Shown here one piece after another: positions 1 to 7,261 of a stretch of DNA of 64,000 nucleotides. The position numbers and the translations under genes are program-made. The notes beneath the pieces were generated by a model. The model was not told where the DNA came from. It did not search any database and worked only from the letters and a program-made list of their open reading frames with translations. How positions within the stretch are numbered: position 1 is the first letter of the stretch; each line of letters opens with the position of its first letter. The DNA comes from a virus: positions 1 through 64,000 of IMG/VR virus record IMGVR_UViG_3300042879_004946; one strand, written 5' to 3'.

Positions 1-311
1 ACTTTACCGATAGAGGTTGTATTTTTGGCATCACCAAATTTAGTAATACCTTTGATGTAGTCTAAAACTTGATAACCATTTTTAGTTAAAAAATCGGTAA
101 CTTCTTTTTCAACGTTAGAAACAGGGCCAGATTTTTCTTTTTTTCCTAATGGTATGTAAATACGATAATAATTTCTATCGTGTTCAAATTCATCACCTAA
201 TTTTTTAAAAATATCTACATATCTTTCACGATTAAAGTTTTTAACGTAATTTCTAAATTGGGATGGTTTTAAAGCCTCTTGTAACAGAATTTTATGAATT
301 AATTTTTTCAT
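1..311 (-). CDS. Partial hypothetical protein with virion-protein-type leader (MKKLIHKILLQE...), runs off the window start
   Basis: Manual translation from ATG at 311 on the minus strand: MKKLIHKILLQEALKPSQFRNYVKNF...; ATATTTAT motif just upstream. Confidence 0.7.
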   Translation of the reverse strand, partial: MKKLIHKILLQEALKPSQFRNYVKNFNRERYVDIFKKLGDEFEHDRNYYRIYIPLGKKEKSGPVSNVEKEVTDFLTKNGYQVLDYIKGITKFGDAKNTTSIGK

Positions 312-353
312 TTTATTTAATATTAAATAAATATTTATAATTTTTAAAAAAAT

Positions 354-384
354 TTTGCCAAATCATTTTTTATCGTTATATTTG
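354..384 (+). promoter_or_regulatory. Bacteroidota-type primary sigma promoter (-33 TTTG / -7 TATATTTG)
   Basis: TTTG 354-357, 19-nt spacer, TATATTTG 377-384; matches the TTTG-N19-21-TAnnTTTG consensus; directly upstream of the peptidase gene. Confidence 0.75.
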
Positions 385-395
385 TATATTAAAAT

Positions 396-1265
396 GTGCA
401 CAAAATGAAAATGACAGAAGAAAAATTTAACCGATTAAAAGAAGTATTATCGATACCAACATATTCACAAGATGAAAAGTTAATGATTGAATACCTCCAA
501 AAAGTTTTAACCGAAAAAGGATATCAACATTACACCGATGAACATGGTAATATTTATGCCACCAAAGGTGAAAGCCAAAATTATCCTTGTTTTATTGCTC
601 ACACCGACACGGTTCATAAAGTTAATTTAAATTTAACCGTAGTTGAAGGGTACCAAAAAGGTGAAACCGTTCTTAAAGGTGTTGATTGTGTTACCGGAAA
701 ACCAACGGGAATTGGTGGTGATGATAAGTGTGGTGTTTTTTTGGCTTTAGAAATGTTGGGCACCTTACCAAATGTTAAAGTTGCCTTTTTTGTTTCTGAA
801 GAAATTGGTTGTAGAGGCAGCCAACACGCAGACCCTGAATTTTTTAAGAACGTTGGTTACGCAATTCAGTATGACTCCCCGGAAGGTAACTCTATGAGTT
901 TAACACTTATGGGTAGATATTTGTTCAATCAAAAATCAGAATTCGCTGATAAAGTAACTGGTTTGATAAAAGAACACGGAATTAGTAATTGGGCGTATCA
1001 TCCATATACCGATGCTTGGCAAATTGTTGAAAAATTTGATATAGCTTGTTTAAATTTGGCTGCAGGGTATTACCAATATCATACAGCAAACGAATATGTT
1101 GTTGTTGATGATGTTGAAAACGGATATCAATTGGGGTTAAAACTTGTTGAGGTTTTAGGAGAAAATAAATACTCAAACAAAAAAGAAGAACGTAGTTATC
1201 TTCTGAATGATGGATATGGTAGTCAATATAACAGAAAAAGAATTGATTACGGATATGAAGATTAA
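396..1265 (+). CDS. M20/M28-family zinc peptidase
   Basis: Metal-ligand motifs AHTDTV, GGDDKCG, SEEIG, QYD, YHT. Confidence 0.85.
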   Translation: MHKMKMTEEKFNRLKEVLSIPTYSQDEKLMIEYLQKVLTEKGYQHYTDEHGNIYATKGESQNYPCFIAHTDTVHKVNLNLTVVEGYQKGETVLKGVDCVTGKPTGIGGDDKCGVFLALEMLGTLPNVKVAFFVSEEIGCRGSQHADPEFFKNVGYAIQYDSPEGNSMSLTLMGRYLFNQKSEFADKVTGLIKEHGISNWAYHPYTDAWQIVEKFDIACLNLAAGYYQYHTANEYVVVDDVENGYQLGLKLVEVLGENKYSNKKEERSYLLNDGYGSQYNRKRIDYGYED

Positions 1266-1293
1266 AAAAAGGGACTTTTAGGTCCCTTTTTTT
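1264..1293. terminator. Bidirectional intrinsic terminator
   Basis: A7-GGGAC-loop-GTCCC-T7 between convergent units. Confidence 0.75.
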
Positions 1294-1334
1294 GTGTTAT
1301 AAAAAAAAATATAACAATTTAATTTTTAAGATAA

Positions 1335-1568
1335 AAATTTCAATCCTTTCGTTTATGGGTCATCTCCAGCTACCGCTGGATTAAGTTATCTAGCATCTCC
1401 GTTGTAAATACCTTTCGTTTATGGGTCATCTCCAGCACAAACAATTAACCATTGAGGTTATCTCTAGTTGTAAATACCTTTCGTTTATGGGTCATCTCCA
1501 GCCGCTTTATTCACGAATGTTACGTTGTTTCTGTTGTAAATACCTTTCGTTTATGGGTCATCTCCAGC
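1335..1568. CRISPR. CRISPR-like mini-array 1: three identical 36-nt repeats, one degenerate terminal repeat, three 30-nt spacers; no cas genes in the window
   Basis: GTTGTAAATACCTTTCGTTTATGGGTCATCTCCAGC at 1401-1436, 1467-1502, 1533-1568; degenerate copy 1335-1370 (last 26 nt identical); unique 30-nt spacers 1371-1400, 1437-1466, 1503-1532; repeat ends can base-pair. Confidence 0.85.
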
Positions 1569-1891
1569 ATACGCACGCATAAGTCTTTGATTTCTTGTTC
1601 ATTAAGACGAAATTCTTGATTTAATTTTCTCCAAATTTTATCATAATCAACTAATAAATAAGGTTTTTTTTTATCTCTATCCGCATCATCCACCATTAAA
1701 GTAACCCCGCTTTTATCCTTATATAACATTAAACCTGGATTATTTTCCGAAGGAACCACCTTTAAATTGGACATAATTTCATAAAGAAATTCTTCAGCGG
1801 GGGAAAATTGTTTAGTATTACCAACCAATTCTTCAGCCCAATCAAAATCATCAAATTCTTCTTTTAATATTTTTCTTATAAGGTTTTTCAT
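1520..1891 (-). CDS. Array-linked small protein, paralog A (123 aa); C-terminus encoded by the repeat plus first spacer
   Basis: ORF with MKNLIRKILKEE leader; nearly identical to 1952-2329 and 36099-36473. Confidence 0.85.
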   Translation of the reverse strand: MKNLIRKILKEEFDDFDWAEELVGNTKQFSPAEEFLYEIMSNLKVVPSENNPGLMLYKDKSGVTLMVDDADRDKKKPYLLVDYDKIWRKLNQEFRLNEQEIKDLCVRMLEMTHKRKVFTTETT

Positions 1892-1904
1892 ATTTTATAA
1901 ATAT

Positions 1905-2006
1905 CAGGTTAACATTTTTCGTTTATGGGTCATCTCCAGCTCAAATCAACTTCAATCAAAGTCCGATTCAGCTGTCAATACCTTTCGTTTATGGGTCATT
2001 TCCAGC
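1905..2006. CRISPR. CRISPR-like mini-array 2: repeat, 30-nt spacer, degenerate repeat
   Basis: GCTGTCAATACCTTTCGTTTATGGGTCATTTCCAGC 1971-2006; spacer 1941-1970; degenerate repeat 1905-1940. Confidence 0.8.
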
Positions 2007-2329
2007 ATACGCACGCATAAATTACTGATTTCTTGTCCATTAAGGCCAAATTCTTGACGTAATTTTAACCAAATTTGACGATAATCAACCCATAAATAAG
2101 GATTTTTTTCATCACTATCCACACTATCCGCCATTAAAGTAAGCCCGCTTTTATCCTTATATAACATTAAACCTGGATAATTTTTTGAAGGAACCGCCTT
2201 TAAGTTTGACATGATTTCATACAAAAATTCTTCAGCGGGTGAAAATTGTTTGGTGTTACCAACCAATTCTTCTGCCCAACCAAAATCATCAAATTCTTCT
2301 TTTAATATTTTTCTTATAAGGTTTTTCAT
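1952..2329 (-). CDS. Array-linked small protein, paralog B (125 aa)
   Basis: Near-identical paralog; ends LEMTHKRKVLT-AESDFD, with the tail derived from the spacer. Confidence 0.85.
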   Translation of the reverse strand: MKNLIRKILKEEFDDFGWAEELVGNTKQFSPAEEFLYEIMSNLKAVPSKNYPGLMLYKDKSGLTLMADSVDSDEKNPYLWVDYRQIWLKLRQEFGLNGQEISNLCVRMLEMTHKRKVLTAESDFD

Positions 2330-2697
2330 TTTAAAGTTAAAAGATATTTTAATTTATTTATCTGACTCATCATTTCATCTCTGATGTTTAACAAATCAGA
2401 ATCTTTTTGTGGATCCAAAGAATTACTTAAAGACATTAAGAATTCTAAATTTTGATTTAAAAATTCATTTAAACCTAAATCATTGGTATTTTTTAAAACA
2501 ATGGTACCTTCACCTGAAGTGAATTCAACACGACCATATTTCCCCATGTAAACTTCAACAAAGTCATCGATAAGTTCATTAAAAGCACCATAGATTTCAC
2601 CGTAAGCTTTATGTCTGGCAAAAGATTTTGTTTGCCAGTGTAAAACCCTAAATTGTTCTTGTAGGGTTATAAAATTAATTAATAATTGCCCTTTCAT
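2326..2697 (-). CDS. Ferritin/Dps-like four-helix protein (DUF5856-like)
   Basis: HWQT..FARHKA..E.Y......D.FVE.Y.G and C-terminal LLNIRDEM...NKLKYLLTL pattern. Confidence 0.7.
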   Translation of the reverse strand: MKGQLLINFITLQEQFRVLHWQTKSFARHKAYGEIYGAFNELIDDFVEVYMGKYGRVEFTSGEGTIVLKNTNDLGLNEFLNQNLEFLMSLSNSLDPQKDSDLLNIRDEMMSQINKLKYLLTLK

Positions 2698-3821
2698 TAT
2701 CTGTAGTATATTCTTTGTTTGTTATAATCAATAATAGGGTTTCTATCAGCATCGTAAATACTTTTAAAAATATCAACCGATTCTGGTGATTCTATAGGTA
2801 GTGCTGCTTTTAAAGCTTTAGTGAATAAAGTGTTTGAATATTGTAATTGTGCGTCATCACAACCGTGCACTTGGCAATAATTTGCCTCACATAATTCCGA
2901 TATTACCATACCAGTATAAAACCCATGTAAATCATACGGGACCACAAATCTATCGGCATTACACCAAACAGCAACAATTGGTTTTGTTTTTAAAATATTT
3001 AAAAAGTCATAACCAACGGAGTAGTGTTTATATTTAACATATTGACCGCTACTATTTAATTCCACACCTTCAACACCCCCAATCATACTTAACATTAAAC
3101 CACTTGGTGATCCATGACCCATCAATATAATTCTTCTGTGATTTTTCATGGTTTCTTTTAAATTATACATATCATCTTTAGTTGTTAAAACTGTCGCATT
3201 TAAACCAGCATAAGACGGTTTTAAAAAATCAGTTGTTCTATCGTCTGGATGTATAATTAATGTATCACCTTTTTTAACGTTTCTAGTCAACAGTTTCTCT
3301 AACTGTTCTGGTGTATAAGATTTAGTGTCTATTATGTTATCATTTTTAAAGTAACTACCATAATTACCATAATTACCATAACCACCTAAAACATCTGATT
3401 TACGGCTTTTATCTGTTTTTTTATCGATAAAAAATTTAATATAAAAACATAAATCCTCAACGGCCTCTAAAGTGTATAATTTAATATCCCTAGGTGATGC
3501 CAAAATTTTATTATACAAGTCATTAGGTATGTTGGTATATTCTAATGCTTTTTGAGCAACACGACCATTAATAAGGTTAAAGTTTTTATGGAAACATTCG
3601 GCTGCCGCAATAACCGCTTCCAAGACATCAACATCAAAACTACCTAATTCATAAGCTTCTGTAACCATCCATTCCAAATATTTATTACTACCGGAAGGAT
3701 CTGCCATTGATAAATCTCTTATAGCAACTTCTGGGACATTATATTTAGAATATTTTTTTATAATGTCCTGTAAACGACCTTCATTTAATATTGTTTCTAA
3801 AATAATATGTTTAAGATTCAT
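2697..3821 (-). CDS. Leader-bearing protein with possible C-terminal clan-CD (caspase/gingipain/CHAT-like) His-Cys domain
   Basis: N-terminus MNLKHIILETILNE; ILMGHGSP and VAVWCNA motifs each follow a hydrophobic strand. Confidence 0.5.
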   Translation of the reverse strand: MNLKHIILETILNEGRLQDIIKKYSKYNVPEVAIRDLSMADPSGSNKYLEWMVTEAYELGSFDVDVLEAVIAAAECFHKNFNLINGRVAQKALEYTNIPNDLYNKILASPRDIKLYTLEAVEDLCFYIKFFIDKKTDKSRKSDVLGGYGNYGNYGSYFKNDNIIDTKSYTPEQLEKLLTRNVKKGDTLIIHPDDRTTDFLKPSYAGLNATVLTTKDDMYNLKETMKNHRRIILMGHGSPSGLMLSMIGGVEGVELNSSGQYVKYKHYSVGYDFLNILKTKPIVAVWCNADRFVVPYDLHGFYTGMVISELCEANYCQVHGCDDAQLQYSNTLFTKALKAALPIESPESVDIFKSIYDADRNPIIDYNKQRIYYR

Positions 3822-4437
3822 TGTTTATATTTTTTTTAATTTTTAATATATCTTGTAGTTTTTTTATTCTTGATTCCAGTTCATCAACCTCAAGATCCTC
3901 AGAGTTAGAATCTTCTAATTCAGATTCTAAGTCCGTAATTCTTTCTTCTAATTCTTCTATTTTAGATTCTAAACCTTCAACCTCGTCATCTCTAGAATCT
4001 TTACCTTCCTCATAACCGTCATCAAAACCACTGCTACGTCCTTCTTCATAAGCTTCATCACGTGCTTCTCTAATTTCTTGTCTATGATCATCATAATAAA
4101 TGAAATCATCACAACAACCATCACAAGTACAATAGTTATCACGAGCATATTCTTTACCTTCCTCATAAGCTCTATCAAATTGGTTATACAATTCATCTCC
4201 AATATCATCCAAAACAGACTTTTTAAGAATACCGTTATCAGTGATTAATTCAAAAAGATCATCAATATCAACACCATATTCATGTTCGGAACGAAACCAA
4301 TTTTTTTTTATAATTTTTTCAGCTCTATTAATATCTAAATTAGGAACCCATTCATAATCATCGGAGTCATCTTCTTTAATAATTTTTTGAACCAATTTAT
4401 GAATATCTTTTTCGGTTAATTTGATTATTTTTTTCAT
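3811..4437 (-). CDS. Acidic leader-bearing hypothetical protein with C-terminal coiled coil
   Basis: MKKIIKLTEKDIHKLVQKIIKE leader; YEEG repeats; heptad-like LESKIEELEERITDLESEL. Confidence 0.75.
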   Translation of the reverse strand: MKKIIKLTEKDIHKLVQKIIKEDDSDDYEWVPNLDINRAEKIIKKNWFRSEHEYGVDIDDLFELITDNGILKKSVLDDIGDELYNQFDRAYEEGKEYARDNYCTCDGCCDDFIYYDDHRQEIREARDEAYEEGRSSGFDDGYEEGKDSRDDEVEGLESKIEELEERITDLESELEDSNSEDLEVDELESRIKKLQDILKIKKNINNES

Positions 4438-4478
4438 TCAAACATTTTATAATAAATATCAATAAATTTTAAAAATAT

Positions 4479-4509
4479 TTTGTAAAATGAATATTTATAT
4501 GTATCTTTG
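4479..4509 (+). promoter_or_regulatory. Bacteroidota-type promoter driving an ORF-less transcript
   Basis: TTTG 4479-4482, N19, TATCTTTG 4502-4509. Confidence 0.7.
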
Positions 4510-4514
4510 TTAAA

Positions 4515-4663
4515 GAAATAAAAACACAGGGTTGAATCGGTTAATCCCTTAAGCTTAATCGACGTAATGTGACGAAACAACACGGTGAAAATCCGCAATC
4601 TTTAACAGATATTAAAGATGAAAAATAAGAAGCCCATCGGTCAGAATACTGGTGGGTTTTTTT
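4515..4663 (+). ncRNA. Candidate ~145-nt structured small RNA
   Basis: Lies between a consensus promoter and a terminator; no credible ORF; hairpins GGGTTGA..TTAATCCC, CGG-TGAAAAT-CCG and ATCTTTAA-CAGATA-TTAAAGAT. Confidence 0.5.
4631..4663 (+). terminator. Intrinsic terminator
   Basis: GCCCATCGG..CTGGTGGGT stem followed by a T-run. Confidence 0.7.
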
Positions 4664-5060
4664 ATTTCCCAAATAATTGTAACTGACCACGACCAATTTC
4701 AAAATCTTTTTTATTCATTACGGTGATAACATTTAAGATCCATTGATAAGGGTCAACCATTTCAGGTTCGATAACAACATTTAAAAAAGGATAATTAGTG
4801 TCAGAAACAATAAATCTAACTTTATTTTGAATCTCATTAACTACAATTTTGAATGTTATATCGTCTAAAACTTTTTGTATCAAATTAAGAATATCGACAT
4901 CATGAATAACCTGACCTTTTTCTGCAACGTGACGCCATTGTCTTTTTTTGGAATGTTCACTTGGGTCGTGACGTAAATTAAAATTAATAAAAATATTTGC
5001 TTTTAATTGTGCAATTTTTCTTTCTAAAAGTAATTGTTCTTTGATAATATTTCTAATCAT
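4662..5060 (-). CDS. Leader-bearing hypothetical protein
   Basis: MIRNIIKEQLLLE N-terminus; GATATTTAT upstream. Confidence 0.75.
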   Translation of the reverse strand: MIRNIIKEQLLLERKIAQLKANIFINFNLRHDPSEHSKKRQWRHVAEKGQVIHDVDILNLIQKVLDDITFKIVVNEIQNKVRFIVSDTNYPFLNVVIEPEMVDPYQWILNVITVMNKKDFEIGRGQLQLFGK

Positions 5061-5073
5061 AATAATAAATATC

Positions 5074-6657
5074 TTACTGATTAGAAAACTCCCATCTTAT
5101 GTTACCACAATCGTAAATACGATATATTTTACGATTAAACATTATTTCTTTTTCTGTTTTATTTCTATCAAAACCCTGTTTAACCAACACAGATTTTTTA
5201 AAATTTAATCTATGATATCTAATACCGTTATGTACATACCAATAATTTGGTTTTGTCGACCCACAATTATTAAACCCTAGTTTTGTGTAAACACCACCAG
5301 TAAACCAACGATTGTCTGAGTAAGATATGATTTTTTTAACTTTAAAATTTTTAATAAAAAAATTAAATAGTTTGGAGGCCGCTCCCACCACAATCGTATT
5401 TTTCTTATTACAAAATCTAATTAATTCCCAATCAGTGTTATTACCAACACCATTTCTTTTACCAAAAGTCATTAAAGAAACTAATTCGTCTTTATAATAT
5501 AACCCAATTTTAACCGTAGAAGAGACATTTCCTTGTATATGGTTTTCGGATAAAAAAAGGTTACTTTCGTTTGACGTAACCTTTTTTATTTCACAATTTC
5601 TAGAATATATTTTGTTTGAAATTAACTTGAGTTTATTTTTTAATATAGATAAAACAGTTTCTTGTTTAAACAACCATTCATCTTCGAAAATATGAATTAA
5701 TTCGATGTTAGATTTTTTACATAAATTAGTTTTTACCAAATGGTAATCATTGGTAAGATATAATTCATTATGCCAATAAATTCCATCAAATTCAATGGCA
5801 GTTTTTATAGATGGAATATAAATATCAATTTCAAGAGAAGAATTAGGTATTTTATTATGTCTTTCATATTCTACACCCCAATCATCTAATATAGAACATA
5901 ATGAATCTTCATAAGATGATGAAAAACTCATGCCAATTGGATTACATTTTGTACATAAAACGTAATTATGTTTTTTTCTTTCTCGTAATAAATTTTGTGT
6001 TATAGAATATACATCATCACATTTATGACATTTAATGTGAAGCATAGATAAATCAGTCGATATTTTTTTAATTTCTAACTCTGGATACCGTTCAATAACC
6101 TTATTACTTAATAAATTTCTATAATCATCCGATTTAACAAAGTTATCAACCCCATATTTTATATTACAGGTTTCTTTATACTTTTCAAAATTGTTATATT
6201 TTTTATTTCCGTACAACTTCGATTTTGTTTGTAACATTTTTTCAGTGTTGTTATAGTTTTTATTACCATAAGTTTCGATTTTGGTTTTATCACGTTTTTT
6301 GATAAAGTCTTTATGTTGGGTATAAAACTCAACACCATGGTTTTTTAAGTTGGATTCTTTGATTTTATTAATTAATAAACCACTATTGTTTGCACATTCT
6401 AATGAACAAAATTGATTATATCCTCTGTCAAATCTTTCTGAAAATTTAACTTCGGTATTACAAGATTGGCATTTTGGTTTTTGTGTTAGATTCTTGAAAT
6501 AGAACCATATTTTTTCTTTAAAAGAAGATTCCGATTTTAAATGTTGTTGACAATAAGATGTTATATCAACATACTCTTGGGGGTGATTTTTTGCAAACCA
6601 CACCTCTTTGGTTTTGTGACCAGATTTATTATCTGTTGTAAAAAAAGAAAAGTCCAT
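5074..6657 (-). CDS. Free-standing putative homing endonuclease (Hef/Vsr-like PD-(D/E)xK domain, zinc-finger N-terminus, conserved C-terminal domain)
   Basis: CxxC motifs, EIDIYIP..KTAIEFDGIYWH, HIFEDEW, WELIRFCNK, IYDCGN; likely start ATG 6657 (MDFSFF) behind an ATATTTAT motif, ORF track start 6702. Confidence 0.7.
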   Translation of the reverse strand: MDFSFFTTDNKSGHKTKEVWFAKNHPQEYVDITSYCQQHLKSESSFKEKIWFYFKNLTQKPKCQSCNTEVKFSERFDRGYNQFCSLECANNSGLLINKIKESNLKNHGVEFYTQHKDFIKKRDKTKIETYGNKNYNNTEKMLQTKSKLYGNKKYNNFEKYKETCNIKYGVDNFVKSDDYRNLLSNKVIERYPELEIKKISTDLSMLHIKCHKCDDVYSITQNLLRERKKHNYVLCTKCNPIGMSFSSSYEDSLCSILDDWGVEYERHNKIPNSSLEIDIYIPSIKTAIEFDGIYWHNELYLTNDYHLVKTNLCKKSNIELIHIFEDEWLFKQETVLSILKNKLKLISNKIYSRNCEIKKVTSNESNLFLSENHIQGNVSSTVKIGLYYKDELVSLMTFGKRNGVGNNTDWELIRFCNKKNTIVVGAASKLFNFFIKNFKVKKIISYSDNRWFTGGVYTKLGFNNCGSTKPNYWYVHNGIRYHRLNFKKSVLVKQGFDRNKTEKEIMFNRKIYRIYDCGNIRWEFSNQ

Positions 6658-6766
6658 ACATTTATTTATTAATAAATATACGGACTTTTTGTTGGTTGTC
6701 AAGTATGTACTTATTTAACAAAAATAAATACATACAGAGAAGACGAAGTTTGTATTTGATAGAGGA

Positions 6767-7255
6767 TCAAAATACGCTTATAGCACGATCAAAACGAAGT
6801 GTTGCTGTTATTTCAGCAATATCGTTGGAATCATAAGCTAAAGAACCGAAATCAACATCGTTTAACATGGTTCCTTGAAGAATCCATTTTTCTACGATAA
6901 CACCGGTTGGGTCTAACATTTCCAATTCAACATCTTTCTTGTATCCAGCAGCGTAACCTTGTCTACCTGTTACTGATTCCGAATGTAAACGTACCCATTC
7001 CATAAGAGCTTGAGTCGCAGAAGGGCCAATCGGGTCACGAAAAGTTACACTAATAGTTTCCCAGTTAAATCTACCTGTAACAAAAGTTGAAGTATTAAGA
7101 AATTGGATTTCAGTTTCTTGTGCCGTATATTTCGGTCTAGAAGCTGATTTAACATACCACTCCTGGATGCCAAGCGGAGAAGGGAATCTTAAAATAAATC
7201 GATTCTGTTTTTTTGGTTCGTAAGGAATGGGCATCCTCATTAATAAATCTGCCAT
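6767..7255 (-). CDS. Tail tube protein (T4 gp19-like)
   Basis: YEPKKQNRF, SASRP, GRFNWETISVTFRDPI, GYKKD..LEMLDPTG..VEKW.L.G, DFGSL.Y, I.ATLRFD. Confidence 0.85.
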   Translation of the reverse strand: MADLLMRMPIPYEPKKQNRFILRFPSPLGIQEWYVKSASRPKYTAQETEIQFLNTSTFVTGRFNWETISVTFRDPIGPSATQALMEWVRLHSESVTGRQGYAAGYKKDVELEMLDPTGVIVEKWILQGTMLNDVDFGSLAYDSNDIAEITATLRFDRAISVF

Positions 7256-7261
7256 GTTTTA

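Noticed and set aside
1335-1568. Simple tandem duplication of the gene's 3' end
   Set aside because: The intervening sequences are mutually unrelated yet all exactly 30 nt, at three loci; simple duplication would copy the flanks too
1335-2006. Shufflon-type invertible cassettes
   Set aside because: Repeats within each locus are direct, not inverted, and no recombinase gene is adjacent
4515-4663. tracrRNA, hammerhead ribozyme, tRNA or cobalamin riboswitch
   Set aside because: No anti-repeat complementarity, no CUGAUGA core despite GACGAAAC, no cloverleaf, and only a GGTGAAAATCC fragment of riboswitch-like sequence with no downstream gene
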